Of a stretch of DNA of 64,000 nucleotides, positions 1 to 14,026 are shown piece after piece (position 1 is the first letter of the stretch; each line of letters starts with the position of its first letter). The stretch is from Eledone cirrhosa (lineage: Eukaryota): positions 319,362,001-319,426,000 of the forward strand of contig OZ024743.1 of assembly GCA_964016885.1 (NCBI GenBank), written 5' to 3'. The notes under the pieces are model-generated. The model was not told where the DNA came from and did no database searches. It was given only the letters and a program-made list of their open reading frames with translations. Both the position numbers and the translations under genes were made by a program.

Positions 1-529
1 GAGCTCTATCAAAGACAGACAGACATGATAAATTTGAAAAGCTAGTATTGAAAGGATCAAGCAAAGTTGTGCTACGTTTTCTGTCATTGCGTTGATAATT
101 GAGAATCATCATCAAATGCTTAACTTCGTTTTTTTTTATATAGGAAAGAACAAGTAGTAGCATCAGAAGTAATCAGTGGATTCTGCTTTACAAAAGATTA
201 TGACAGGAAGTAAAAAACCCGAGATAATTATAGAGATAGGAATTGATTAATTAATTATGCTGATTTATGGCTAATTAATTGATTTGTGGTTATCTTATCT
301 TAAGAATTCGGCATGGTGCCACATGTTATTTTTCAGATAGAATACAAAAGGAATGTCGGTAAAAGGGATTAAATTAGAAGCCTACTATCCGATTAGTAAC
401 CACTGGAATACAAAAAGTTCATGTTACTTAATGAAAAGAGAAAATTGTGATGAACAACTGGATCACGCATCGTCTAAACCGACGCAAGCTCATTCCATTC
501 CATTATTTTCTAAATATTGCTTGTCTACT

Positions 530-640
530 TGGGCTACGATTCCGAAAGGAAGGCTGGCAAAGTTGACCTTAGAGCGCTGAGAGCCGAAACTTATACCATG
601 GTATTTAATCCGACGTTCTAACGATTTGCCAATTCACCGC
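530..640 (-). mobile_element. tRNA-type SINE family A, degenerate 5' part
   Basis: Reverse complement resembles the head GCGGTGAATTGGCA...CGTTAG of the better copies at 13840 and 14393. Confidence 0.55.
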
Positions 641-1014
641 AAATTGAATATTCTAATAAACATGTTAGCTAAAATGATTAAGAAATATAGTTTTCAGTCA
701 GCAATAATCCACGCTTCTGACACACCTCAATGGTTGTGGTGTAAATATATTACATGACCATAAAAATCTATAAAACTATTAATAACAAATTAATGGAAAT
801 GTCAGATAAGGTGATATATTTTTCCCATTTACATAAATAATAAACGTGACATATAAGACAAGCTGAGGAGCGTCGATGAAGTATATATATGTGAAATGAA
901 GCATTTCATTACTGAAGCAGCATTTAATAATTTTAGTATGACTGTTTAATATACTATGTTACCACTATATTTGAATGTCAGAATTTTTTACTCTTTCATA
1001 CTGTCACCGTTATC

Positions 1015-1265
1015 ATTCATTTGATTACAGCCATACTGGACCACCGCCTTGATTTAGTCGATCATAGCCTCCCACAGCACATATTTTCTCATCTTTAGTA
1101 ATTATTTTATTGATTTTATTTTGTTTCGTAATTTAGCCGTTCGACAAAACGATATCGATGACATAAGTAAAACATAGGTACTGATGTTTATACCATCGAC
1201 TAAACCAAGGCAATGTGCCAGCATGGCCGCAGTTTATGTCTGAAACCGGTAAAAGAGTAAAAGAA
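1015..1265. mobile_element. SINE-like repeat family C (cagccatactgg/gcggccatgctgg motif), fragments in both orientations
   Basis: The motif gtttcagtcattagactgcggccat..ggagcac recurs at about 5075-5150 and 34495-34620. Confidence 0.45.
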
Positions 1266-1657
1266 AAATAATATCATATAGTTGGAATCCTACTATTGAA
1301 TTATCGTTTCTAGCTGATTCACGCTGTTTTCAAGTATGGATGTCCAGCATTATTTTCATATCCGTTGTATATATAATGTTGATTTACGCAGCTTCTCGGT
1401 ATAGTTGTTCGGTGCATTTTTCACTGTATAACATCATACTTACATCTTTGAACAACTAGAAGCATCAAAATGTTAGCATTTTAATGCCCTCCATATGTCG
1501 TAAGAAATCTGTCTTCTTATTTATTTCTTCAGTGCTTACCATATCTCGGATACGATACGATGACAACGCAACCAAATTCCTCACGTTACACTATCCCTTC
1601 AACTTTGGAATTTTCTTAGTAAAGATTACTTTTTATTATAGGTCTATATAAAACAAC

Positions 1658-1720
<63 letters not shown>

Positions 1721-2049
1721 ATACTTGTGCATGTGTGTAGAAGCATGTAGTGATTTTATAATACATGTATGAATATTTGCATAATAAAAATATCACTTTT
1801 CTTTTTCTAAATTACCAAGACTATCTAATCTAGTTGCTGGTCTCGCTATTTAGAACAACCTACTTAAATATTACTGGGTGTGGAATGAGGCCAAACAAGT
1901 CGTAGATATATTATTTACGTCTTGTTATTGATGGTAGGGCTATCAACACTATTACCCTTCATACCAGCGACACTTTTACTCTTGATTTTAGAATGAATAT
2001 GTTCCGGGTAAAATAAAAAATGAAATGGAGTTTGCAGCTCACACTTATG

Positions 2050-2600
2050 TTGCAGCTAGTACCTATATAGGTTGTATCTCATAGGAGGTTTCTCAGTTTT
2101 TTTAACGATAGGTGCCCCACTGATTTTTCTGTTAGAGTTCATACCTATGTCGGTTTAGCTGGATTCCTACGGGTTTATATCTTATAAGAAACTTCTCGTG
2201 AGTTTCAACGATAAAAGCTCCAGTTTATATCTCATAGGAGGCTTCTTGGGTGTTTTAACGATAAAGATCCTGGTGTTCGTGTTACAGTTGACACTTGTTT
2301 GAGGTTTAGCTTGCCTCCTATAAATTTCTATCACCTAGGAGGCTTTTGGGGGGTATTTTAATTATAAGGACCCCAGTCATACCATATTACACATATGTAA
2401 GTTGTTACAGCTCACACATATACAGGTTTACAGGTCTGCTACGAGGTTGTATATCTTAGGAAACCTATCGGATGTTTTAATGTTAGGGACCCCAGTGTAC
2501 TTGCTGTTAAAGGTCACACCTGGCTTAGCTGGTTTCCTACAAGGTTACATCACATAGGGGGTTTGTCGACTGATTTAATGGTAGGAATCGTAGTCCTATA
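2050..2600. repeat. Degenerate tandem repeat (unit roughly 50-120 bp)
   Basis: Recurring tatatctcataggagg...tttaacgata..g motif near 2073, 2176, 2226, 2328, 2450 and 2545. Confidence 0.55.
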
Positions 2601-2985
2601 AGTAGAAGCAGGAACACAACAACATTGAACCCATGACGTTATGGTCGTGAGTCTAACATATTAACCACAAAGCCACGCCTCCTCACCGTGTAGATCTAGA
2701 AGATACAATTAATTTGATTACTTGATTTCATTCTGACTTATCCAAATGTTTAAAATTAAAATTTCTGACTTAATATGTCCACAAAACTTAGTTCTCTGGG
2801 AGATTCAGCGAGACCTAATATTTACCATGGCAGGCGTTTTTTATTACAGCTCATTGTTTGCATCTGAGCAACTGGAGCAAAGGGAAATAAAGTGTCCTTC
2901 CCAAGGATACACTATATTGTCAGAAATCGAGCTCATAAGCTTTCGATCATAAGTCAAACACTCTGACCATTAAGCCACGCGCCTT
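2590..2985 (-). mobile_element. tRNA-type SINE family B fragments (two)
   Basis: Reverse complements of the family B head (aagccacgc..., gaactc) and core (cttcccaaggatacac). Confidence 0.55.
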
Positions 2986-3599
2986 TCGGCTAGTAAACAA
3001 ATTAGCAGTAATTTCGACCTACTATATGTTGTGTAAAAAGTAAGATTTTGCTAACCCGAGACTACAATGTTTCTACCGTTCCTATGTGAAACTATTTCAT
3101 TACATTCGACTGTTGATGAGTTCAAATTAAAGTTATCGTTTTACATCCGTTTGTTTATGTTTGCACGATTTGGACGATGTCCGGAACTTATCCCGGTTTC
3201 AGGGACATTAAATGATTGAGAGTACACAATGGAAAACTCCATCATTAAATTATTATCCATCAATCACGTACCCTCAGTATTGAAAATATTTATTCCTTTT
3301 GTAAATAAATGTCCTATCTGTGATTAATATTGTCAGAACATAGAAATCGGACAGTCGTTTGTCTACAACAACCAAGAAATTCATTGTTCTCACTTTCATC
3401 GAATTCCACTTTAACATGTCTTTGGTGGTGGATTATGACAATATAATTATAAATTTTACTGAAGGATATTTAGGAGAATAATTATGTGTAAACTGAGTCA
3501 GAGTTAACATTTTACGCCCGTTTTCTTTTTTGTGCTTAAATGGTTCAGACGAAAGAGCCAGAACTTATCCCAATTTCGTGGCCATTAAGTGACTGAAAG

Positions 3600-3790
3600 T
3601 ACAGGCTGTTACAGAGCTAGCTTCCATCTACCGCTGGTATTTGTTTATTTTCAGCTGAGTGAGCTGTAGCAATAAGAAATGAAGTACCGTCCTCAAAAGC
3701 ACAATTCACCATCCCGTCAGGGAATCAAAGACCTCAACATATGATTGTGATCCTAACACCCTACCCATCTAAGCCGCTATGTACGCATGG
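3600..3790 (-). mobile_element. SINE family B fragment
   Basis: ttcagctgagtgagctgtagcaataagaaatgaagt is the reverse complement of the family B core. Confidence 0.55.
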
Positions 3791-4267
3791 TCCCGTAACA
3801 CATAAAGGGGTCGTAGAGGCGCCACATTGACATACAGTGTATGTAGGGCATCTTGTTTTAAACCTGGCGGAGCTCGTCTTCTCTCCAGGTTTGAATACAA
3901 CAGATTTCTTATAGTGAAGGATAGAAAGAGTGAGAGAATAGAACTGAGAAAGCGATATAGAGTAACAACACATTTTCCATTTTTGTTAGCGACTAAACCC
4001 AGAATATACATAAGTAATTACATTACATTCCCATATCACACGTACAATTCCTACTTGGTATTGGGTCAACGAATTCACTTGATAAATCACTATTTTATGG
4101 AAATTCTCTCATTTCCACTTTATTTTTCATTCACGTTATCTTTTCCAAGTAACTCCTGTTACTTGTTTCCATATCTATCACTCCCCACCTCCGTCACTCT
4201 ACTTATGCCACTCTATCTGTCTGACTGTCTGTCTCACTTTCTCTCGCTCTTTCCCCCTCTCTCTCTT

Positions 4268-4298
<31 letters not shown>

Positions 4299-4314
4299 TT
4301 TATATATGTGTGTC

Positions 4315-4359
<45 letters not shown>

Positions 4360-5211
4360 ATATGTATATATATATGTATGTATATATAATCTTCCAACCT
4401 ATAACATCTCTATCTTTTCCCTTCTTATCCATGTTTATTCTTTCCATTCTTCCACCACCCCACCCCACCCTACATCGTTATTATTACTAACCCGACATCA
4501 AAAGCGGAGAACGTGTAAATTCTGTTGATGTTATCGCATCAACCGGACATTTTACGTTGATAAAATCCCACACAAAACATAGATAATATTTCAGGAGAGC
4601 CCCCTTTTTTTGCCACTCTCTTACCTATCTAAATATTTATCAGTCACTATTTATTCTGTCGCTTTTTCTTTCTTTAACCCCTAGCTCGGCGAGATCGTTA
4701 GAAGTTAATTCATTTTCAAAGTTTCCCTCCTCAAACACAGCACTAGACGAAGGTCGGGAGTATGGGGAGTGGTGGTGGTGGTGGTGGGGTTAGAAAATGT
4801 GAATATATTCCATGCCAAGCTAGCCTTACTAGACCGCCCTTAAGACATTAACATGGTAATTGTGACTTTGATATAACCCAAAAGAACTTTTGCTCCACAC
4901 ATAAAAATGATAGAATCTTCGCTCAGAGACTAAATTGATTGAAACACTTGGATGTTGGCTTTGTTTTTCGCGAAACATTTTTCTTTTTCTTTCTCGTGAC
5001 TGATTTACGATTTCTTCATATAATCTCGACTTTAACTGTCCTTTATTTCATTTTATTTTATTTTATTTTATTTTGTTTACTGGTTTCAGTCATTAGACTG
5101 CGGCCATACCGGAGCACTAGTTTAAAACCGATCATATCAACTCCAGGATTTTTTTTCATGTCTGCTTCTTACAAACCAAATACACACACAGACAAATATA
5201 TATATATGCGT

Positions 5212-5253
<42 letters not shown>

Positions 5254-5519
5254 ACATATGCATATACATACATACACAGGCATATATATATGTATGTGTG
5301 TGTAGTATTAAAAAGATGGGAGGCTATAATCTATTGATTTAGGTTTATTTAAATCTCCGTTATACATATTTTGCTGAGAACTACTAATTTTGATAGCCTG
5401 AGTTCTTCAGATGGCATGAACACTTAGAAAAACTTGAAAACACTGAAAACTTCCTAAAAAATTATTTTCTCATATGTACATGAAAGGTGATATTTAGAGA
5501 ACTGCACGTGAATGGAGTT

Positions 5520-6000
5520 TCACGGAAGCGGGTGAAGACGGTCAAGTATCTCGGGGCCGTGTTCATGTGGGCTGGAAGGCAGGTGGCTGAATTAAGCACA
5601 AGAATTAAAGGAGCTCTTGCAGTAATACGCCAGCTTCAGCACTCGGTCATCAGAAGAATGTAAATGTAAAATGTAGATGTAAAAGCCTGGTATTTGTGCT
5701 AACCCTTACCTATTGTCACGAATCATGGGTAATAACCGAAATAATACGATCGAGAATACAAGCAGCCGAAATGTCGTTCCTTGAATCGTTTTTGGAGTAA
5801 CGTTACTCAATAGAGTACGTAACTCGAAGATTAGAGATGCCCCAGATAGATCTACTACCTGTATGAAATTACGGGTATGTGGTTAGGTCTCAAGAAAGAA
5901 TCACTGGAAAGATGTTACAGGCAAATACCAGCCGGCAAGAGACTTAGACGTTGACCCCCGCCTTGGGACCCAGCCGGATCAATTGGAGGTGGTTGAAGGA
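5520..6000 (+). pseudogene. RTE-clade LINE, degenerate C-terminal RT fragment
   Basis: Translates to KYLGAVF...LTYCHESWVITE..RSRIQAAEMSFL, typical of RTE ORFs; disrupted frames. Confidence 0.75.
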
Positions 6001-6002
6001 GA

Positions 6003-6029
<27 letters not shown>

Positions 6030-6034
<5 letters not shown>

Positions 6035-6240
6035 CGGAGTATTTACCCGTACACCTCACCCATTCTGATAAACATACTTTTTCTTCCTTTTACTTCCACC
6101 TTCTACCTTCTTCTTTCGCCAAACTTTATTCCTGCTAATCAAAGACTAACGCCAGATACGCTGAGATGTTACTTTTTTCTAGTAAGCGTGAAACTAATAA
6201 GACTTTGTGTAATTGTGTCTCTGTTTTAATCTTGAATCAT
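6030..6240 (+). mobile_element. Penelope-like terminal-repeat (pLTR) remnant, old family with decayed hammerhead
   Basis: Tail aagcgtgaaactaataagactttg is shared with 9480-9735, 27950-28165 and 29715-29920; lies next to (TA)n. Confidence 0.55.
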
Positions 6241-6342
6241 ATATTATTATTATTATTAGTAGTAGTAGTATATATCCACTCTGCTTCTTCCCATGCATAG
6301 AGTACTACCCTGATTTGTGGTCTTCCCGATCTTGGCACTGCA

Positions 6343-6420
<78 letters not shown>

Positions 6421-6714
6421 TGAGTCTGTGTGTGGGTACAAGTGTTTATGTAAATGTAATGATAAATTGCATAATTGAACTTAAAGTCTAAAATTACGTC
6501 ATCTGTAACTACTTACGCTCTTGTGTCAAAGGAAATCAGAAAAGAAACTTGTAATCTCTCACACGGATGCATTTCTTATCTTCAACTCTACTTTTCTTCT
6601 TAAATGGCTTGTCTTTAGACGAACCTTAATTCATACAATTTAAAACTCTAATCAAATACATGTATACATATTTAAGTTATTTAATGAAATATTTTATTTG
6701 AAATTTTATAAGTT

Positions 6715-6830
6715 CCGGTGGCCTAATGGTAAGATGTTGCACTCAAAATCATGGGTTCGATTCACTGACCGAGTGATGCGTTGTATTCTTGAATTAAATC
6801 TTTATTTCACGTTGCTTCTTTTGCCAAGTG
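6715..6830 (+). mobile_element. SINE family B
   Basis: A-box-like TGGCCTAATGG, B-box-like GGTTCGATTC, then ttgtattcttga...tttcacgttgct core. Confidence 0.65.
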
Positions 6831-7549
6831 TTGCGACCGTTAGATAGTATCAGCAATGAAAGCATTGTTTCCTTGGTCAGATCTGACGACAGGCTCCTTT
6901 GCTTTCATAATAAACTACTCATTTTATAATATAGTAATTCTAAATTTGCAGTTTTTCTATTTTACTCATGTCATATTTTTTGTTTCCAAATTTGTAATAG
7001 ATAAGATAAGTCAGTAACACTAGATTTGTATCTGTATTTCAGAATTAAATGGATTATTCAGATCAGACAGAGAAAGTGATACTTTAGCTTGATTTCAATA
7101 AATCATTAAATATATTTTTAGCGGCATAAACCTTATACCCGATTCTAAAAATTTCAAAGAAACAGATAATATAGACGAGTGTAAAAGCTCACATTTCTCC
7201 CTAAAACGTAATTATAATCATTGGCTACATATACTACATACTTGTACTAGAATCATTGCTGACATTTTAGCTTTAGAAATATCACTCTGTATGAAATGCT
7301 TATAATTACGGATCAAAAATTAATAATTATGTTCTAAATTTAGATTACATATATGTGATATCTACATTCTGTATGGTAACATCCCACCTGTAACATTTGC
7401 TATTTATCAAAAAGTGTGTTTCTCATTTTCCTTACATCTGGAATGATTTCAAATTTACCGTCTGCATATTATATTTTTAAATTCTCTCAGGGTTATGACA
7501 TAAATGTCGGCTTGGGGAATATAGACATTCCTCTTAAAAAAGAATTGTG

Positions 7550-7810
7550 AAAGTGCGTGGTTTTAATGGGTAAGTGGCTGAACTCACAATCGTAGGATTG
7601 TGAATTCAATTGCCAGACAGGGCGGTGCGTTATGTTTTTGAGAAAAACACTTTATTTCACGTTTCTCCAGTCCATTCAGCTGAAAACAAAATGGTTTACG
7701 AGAACACTGATGTCAGCCTTTAACATTCCCGAAAGCAATATCAAAAGCGTGAAGAGGGGAGACTTGCAGGTATGGGTGACTACTGATTTTCCACAAAACA
7801 CAATCTCCAG
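7550..7810 (+). mobile_element. SINE family B
   Basis: gcgtggttttaatgg...ttgagaaaaacactttatttcacgtttctccagtccattcagctg. Confidence 0.65.
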
Positions 7811-8029
7811 ATAGGGCTATTCTTTCCATTGGTTGTTCCATTGCTGATATTATCTGCTAGTCATAACTCCTGGCAGAAGGAAGAGAGCTGATCAGACCAA
7901 TAGAAACATAGTTTCTATTGGTCGTTCCATTGCTGACACTATCTGTCAGTCACAACTCCTGGCAAAAGGAAGCAGGATCTAAAATCATAACATACAGAGC
8001 TGGATCAGATAATTCAGCTAATATAACCC

Positions 8030-8480
8030 CACCAGTCCCACAGCTCACTGCACTAATAATTTATTTATCAACACTGAAAGGATGAAAGGCAAAGTTAGCC
8101 TCGACAAGATTTGAACTCAGAGCCAGAAGCACCGAAACAAAATCCGGAAGAATTAAAATGTTGAATGTAATTAGAATATCTCGGGTAAAGAATCGGTGGA
8201 CAAATTTTGCGGGCCATACCAACCGGCAGGAGACTCAGGTGTATACCTTGAGCAAGATGGTTGGATAACATCCATCAACTTGGTTTGTCTAGCTTAGGAG
8301 ACGGTTGCTTCTTACAGGAGCTGCTGGAATGTATGTTTGAGAACTCTGCTTTCATGATCCTCTCAAGATGAAGGTCATCTGAGTTGACCTCGGCGGAATT
8401 TGAACTCAGATAGCAATGAGCCGGAACAAACAGCGAGCCATTTAATTCTACGCCATAACGATTCTGTCGATTCTCCGATA
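8030..8480. mobile_element. SINE family A fragments (minus strand) flanking an RTE 3' fragment (plus strand, about 8170-8360)
   Basis: ggatgaaaggcaaagtt..ctcgac..gatttgaactcag; the central part is similar to 5880-6000 and 34880-35090. Confidence 0.6.
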
Positions 8481-9479
8481 GTTTCAAGTTATCTTTTTTA
8501 TCTGGATGTTTTCGCCAAACAGTTGGTTACTTTGAAGAAAACCTGAGATAACATGCAGACGATAGAGAGGGGTGAGTGGAGGTGAAAAAAGGAAATATAG
8601 AGGTGAATACTTTGAAGAGAATAATTTGAAGAAAAAAACGAGAGAGAGGGAGTGAAACATTTTACTCTCTCTGTGTCAATCACTCTCAGACAGACAAACA
8701 CTCACACACACATATATATATATATAAGGTGTTTGTGTTTGTGTCTGTGTGTGTGTGCACGGTAATAATGAGAAACAGACCGACAGATAGATAGATAAAT
8801 AGATAGGTAGATAAATAGACAGTCAGACAGAAAGATGAATAGATAGATAGAGATACGTATATATTGCATTACGAGAGAGATAATAACGAATGTGAGAATG
8901 AGAAAGAAAGAAAAATAACACAAAAAGAAAAGAAAATGACATCTTTTGATGAAAATGATTTTTCTTTGGGGGAGGGTGTATTTCCAATTAAACTATTTTG
9001 TATAAATGTACAGGTCGTTTAATTATTGTTTACTTGATTACAAAAATAATTGTGATTCAAGAGTCTGTCTTGTCACACAGTGTCACACTACATTACCGGT
9101 ACTTGTGTCTGTAGAATGCTCAGCCACTTGCACTATAATACAAGATGTACTGTATTTGTAATTCAAGAGACAATCATTGTTACACATTTTTTTACGCTGA
9201 ATCTCCCTGAGATATACGTTAAGGAGACATGTGTCTGTGAAATACTTACCTATTTACAATATAATGCAAGATGCACACTGTACCTGTAAGTCAAATGACC
9301 AGCAATGCCACACACTATGTTACGCTGAATCTCCCTGAGATCTACTTTGAGGAGACACGTGTCTGTAGACTGCTCAGCCACTTACATGTTAATTTCATGA
9401 GGAAGTTGTTTTGTTGTCCGAGCCAGAACTGGAACAACCGTCGTCGAAAACGACGGAGGTACAAAACATTCCCGCGTGT

Positions 9480-9735
9480 ATGATTTCGGAAGAAAAAGAA
9501 AACTGCCCTCTCTCTCTCCCCCTCCACCCACCCACGCACCATCACCTCTACATCCCTCACATCTTTTCCCAACTTGCTTTTTCCCACTAACTCCCCCCCC
9601 CCTCACTCGTCTCGGAGTTCCTTCTCATCTCCCCACTCTCCTGATGAAGGGATTATGCCCGAAACGTCGTACTAAGCGTGAACCTAATACCCTTTGTAAC
9701 TTGTACTCCTGCGTTGTTGTTTTTTACTTTCCTAT
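9480..9735 (+). mobile_element. Penelope-like pLTR remnant with hammerhead core at 9641-9671
   Basis: CTGATGA-A-GGG attatg CCC-GAAA-CGTCG-TA, followed by the shared family tail and (TA)n; stem I pairing is not evident. Confidence 0.65.
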
Positions 9736-10007
9736 ATATATGTATTAGGGTGATCCATTTTTCTAACTATTCGCCAATCATTTCATATCTATTATGGCTG
9801 TGTTCGAATTGATGAAATAACGAAGTATGTTGAATTATAGGGCAATCAAATAATATTTAGGTGTTGGACACTTTCACATTTTGTTTGTGATGATTCTGCT
9901 TTTTCACCTGGCCTGTGGTATATTGTCTTTCTGTTCATTTTACTGAATCCAATTTACAATATTTCTATTTTCATTCTTTGATAATCCTTATACAATTTCT
10001 CATTTAT

Positions 10008-10355
10008 GAATAAGAAAATGGAAACCAGAAAGACCATTTGGCTGCTTGAGAAAAAGCCCCAGGGGGGCAGTTTCCTTAGACTCGACTCGACTCCAAACAA
10101 GTACTCTTGTGTTTTCTCTACCATCACTTTGAACTCAGTAAGACAATTTCAGTAGCCGTAACAAAACATGAACTAGAAGATCTAGGAAGTATGGTTAGTT
10201 TTTGGTGCAGCAATTGAAATTGTCTTCCCAAGTTCGAAGTGATGGTAGAGAAAACACAAGAATACCTGTTTGGAATGGGTTCGAGTCTGAGGAAACTGCC
10301 CCTCGGTTTTTTCTCAAGCAGCCAAATGGCCTTTCTTGTTTCCATTTTCTTATTC
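10008..10355. repeat. Imperfect inverted repeat, ~125-bp arms, ~95-bp spacer
   Basis: 10008-10135 is largely reverse-complementary to 10231-10355. Confidence 0.85.
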
Positions 10356-10894
10356 TCTGTGAAAGATGAAAAGCAAAATCAATCAATCAATTTTATCTTA
10401 ACGAACCTTTGGGTTCTTACATTTCTGGAACCCATTCAGGCTATGAAAAGCAAAAGAGAAGAAAATTATTTCGTAAATTTATAACAACAGATGGAACCTG
10501 ACGAAAACCAAGGTGTTTACTACTCACTAACAAGACTAGCACTGAACCACAACTGAGTAACGTGGAACAACGTGATCACCCGGTCCGAGAATCGAACTCA
10601 CATATATATCAACTTGACTTCAACTTTATCTGGATGCCATTTACTGATTGCTATCTTGATGAAGAAGCAAACAGGCTTCTTCGAGTGGTGATGAGCTCAT
10701 TGTTGTTGTTGCTGCCGCGGCTGTTTTGACTTATTTGTTGCTGTTGTTTGTTTGTTTTTAATAATAACTACCATATGTTTTGAAGAGCTTCAAATCTAAC
10801 AGCTAAGAAAATAACAAGATTGCTGAAAACTTGCTTTCTATCATAAAGTAATATAATTAGAATGGATCCAGATAAACTTTATTGATGCCACTTT

Positions 10895-11700
10895 AGCGTG
10901 CAATATACCAGGCCATTTACTGTTCAGTGGAGCTTACAATATACCAGGCCATTTACTGTTCAGTGGAGCGTGCAATATACCAAGCCATTTACTGTTCAGT
11001 AGAGCGTGCAATATACCAGGCCATTTACTGTTCAGTGGAGCGGGCAATCTACCTGGCCATTTACTGTTCAGTGGAGCGTGCAATATACCTGGCCATTTAC
11101 TGTTCAGTGGAGCTTACAATCTACCAGGTCATTTAGTGTTCAGTGGAGCTTACAATCTACCAGGTCATTTACTGTTCAGTGGAGCCTACAATCTACCTGG
11201 TCATTTACTGTTCAGTGGAGCGTGCAATATACCTGGTCATTTACTGTTCAGTGGAGCGTGCAATATACCTGGTCATTTACTGTTCAGTGGAACTTACAAT
11301 ATACCTGGTCATTTACTGTTCAGTGGAACTTACAATATACCTGGCCATTTACTGTTCAGTGGAACTTACAATATACCTGGTCATTTACTGTTCAGTGGAA
11401 CTTACAATATACCTGGTCATTTACTGTTCAGTGGAACTTACAATATACCTGGCCATTTACTGTTCAGTGGAACTTACAATATACCTGGTCATTTACTGTT
11501 CAGTGGAACTTACAATATACCTGGTCATTTACTGTTCAGTGGAACTTACAATATACCTGGTCATTTACTGTTCAGTGGAACTTACAATATACCTGGTCAT
11601 TTACTGTTCAGTGGAACTTACAATATACCTGGTCATTTACTTTTCGATTAAGTGTGCAATCTACCTGGCCTTTTAAGCGTGCAATCTACATGGTCACTTA
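10895..11700. repeat. 36-bp minisatellite, about 22 copies
   Basis: Unit TACAATATACCTGGTCATTTACTGTTCAGTGGAACT repeated head to tail with no spacers. Confidence 0.95.
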
Positions 11701-12714
11701 CAGTGTAGTGTGTGGTCTACATCAGCTACAAAACATCACCTAAACCCTCGGTAAACAGGTCAGGGAATTACACAGCGCAAACTATAGATACGGCCGTAGG
11801 CAACACCCTAAAGTAGCGCCCTTATATTTTTACCCCTGGGTGATGCTATATTCTCTGCCAATGTCTCTCTTAATTTCAAGACATGCTGCTGTATGTTCAA
11901 ACTCATAGAAACAATTTAATTGCTGAAAAGTTGCCCTCTCTCACGAGGTAATATAGATGTAATGAGAAGTGGACTGGCCGTATGGGCATTTGAACAATGA
12001 CCGATAGACCGTTGAGTTGGATTTAAAAAAAAGAAGCATGAAAAATGTCACAAAAATTGAAGACCTAATCGTTGCACAAAGATTGACAGGAGATTGTATC
12101 ACTGTTTAGCTGAACAATCCTACTCACCACCATAGGCGCTGAGCTGGCCAGCTGCAGGTGTGACCCACGCGAGATGGAATGGCTCTTCCAGAGCATCTCC
12201 CTTATCAACCTCCAGGGAAACGCCTTCTTCATTCTATCCGCCGGGGCTAGAGGGCGGCCAACACGTGGGACCCCATTTGCTCACTATACAGAGAGATGGG
12301 GAGGGTATATTTTCATATTTACACATCATCCTGTTTGCTGAACAATGAAAACACACTGCTGACCTCAGCTGTCAGCAGCCTGATAGCCTGTGGCGCCCAG
12401 GCTGGTTTTAAGACTCGTTCCGCTTCATGATTAGCCGCTATAATGCTAGTCATTCTTACTTTTGAACCCTTTCATGACCGTATTTCTAATGAAATACACA
12501 ATTCAATTAATCAATTAATCATTTTGAGGGATTTTCTAAAATAATAACTTGTTAGAATAATAAGTTGTTGTTATATATATATATTTATGTTGGAAGATTT
12601 TAATTTAATTTTAGAAACTGTGTGATTTTTGTTTTGTAGAACCTGAGCCAGTTTTGGCCAGGCTAATATCAAAGAGTGGCGATGTTGTTTGTTCTAACTG
12701 TTAGGAAAATAAAA

Positions 12715-13040
12715 TAATTAATTGTTTCTACTTTAGGCACAAGGCCAGCAATTACCCAGTGCATTACTGGTACTTTATTTTATCGACCCCCGTAAGGATG
12801 TAATGAAAACTGACCTGCTAACACGAGGCAATATAGAATGGTTTCTGATTTGGTGGTAGAGGAAAGTCGATTAAATCGACCCTAGTGCTTTATTGATACA
12901 TTAGTTTATCGACCCTTTAGGGTCGATAAAAGGGCAAAACTTAGATCAATGGGATTAGAACTTAGAACATAAAGGGCCGTAACTCTATGCGGAAAAGCAT
13001 GTTGTTAAACGTTCTACTGATAATGTCAATCCACCGCCCT
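12715..13040 (-). mobile_element. Two SINE family A copies
   Basis: gtttctactttaggcacaaggccagcaatt...tatcgaccc and ...ccaccgccc head in reverse orientation. Confidence 0.75.
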
Positions 13041-13279
13041 TGAAGCCGAGGCAATATAGAATGTGAAGATGGAATCATAAACTTTTTTCATGACTGATCT
13101 CTATTATTGATATTGCTAGTCCCTCTCTTTGAAGACGCGATGCGGTTAGTTATAACCCACTCCCGAAAAAAAACCTAGCAGCCCCCCTCAACAGTTATCG
13201 ATGCCTGTCGGTTTCTCCTGACAACGCGACTGGCCACTGATGTTGTGCAAGAGAAAAGTAAAAGCTGATAAAACTTGAC

Positions 13280-13790
13280 ACCAATGATGTCGCAACACAT
13301 TCATACACTATATATACATACTATATAGACGCTATATACACACTATATATATACACACAATATATTCAAAATATATTTGATGCTCTCCAAAATATATATG
13401 ATGCTAAAGCTGACACAAACGATGTCACAACACATTCATACACTATATATACATACTATATAGACGCTATATACACACGATATATATACACACAATATAT
13501 TCAAAATATATTTGATGCTCTCCAAAATATATATGATGCTAAAGCTGACACAAACGATGTCACAACACATTCATACACTATATATACATACTATATAGAC
13601 GCTATATACACACTATATATATACACACAATATATTCAAAATATATTTGATGCTCTCCAAAATATATATGATGCTAAAGCTGACACAAACGATGTCACAA
13701 CACATTCATACATTCTATAAACAATATATACATCCTATATACGATATATACACACTGTATTTAATATATGTATACAATATATATGATGCT
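13280..13790. repeat. ~134-bp tandem repeat, about 3.7 copies
   Basis: gatgtcacaacacattcatacac... recurs at about 13287, 13421, 13556 and 13691. Confidence 0.9.
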
Positions 13791-13838
13791 GTCCAAGGGA
13801 AAGGCAAAGAGCGATATATATATATATTAAATTATATA

Positions 13839-14026
13839 AGGGCGGTGGATTGGCAGTATCGGTAGAGGGTCGGACGCCATGCTTTCCAGCATAGTTACGT
13901 CTCTTTACGATCTGAGTTCAAATACCGCCGAGGTTGACTTTGCCTTTCATCCTTACGAGGTCGATAAAATAAAGTACCAGTAATGTACTGGGTAATTGCT
14001 GGCCTTGTGCCTAAAGTAGAAACAAT
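13839..14026 (+). mobile_element. SINE family A, full length with 14-bp target-site duplication
   Basis: Head GGGCGGTGGATTGGCAGTATCGG, B-box GAGTTCAAATAC; TSD tattaaattatata at 13825-13838 and 14027-14040. Confidence 0.9.

Noticed and set aside
5330-5420. Minus-strand CTGAAGA hammerhead candidate
   Set aside because: No GAAA in register and poor stems; at most a decayed relic.
10895-11700. CRISPR-like array of 36-bp repeats
   Set aside because: Units are contiguous with no unique spacers, there are no cas genes, and the context is eukaryotic.
13839-14026. tRNA gene
   Set aside because: A/B-box-like head only, no cloverleaf, multi-copy with tail and TSD, so it is a SINE.
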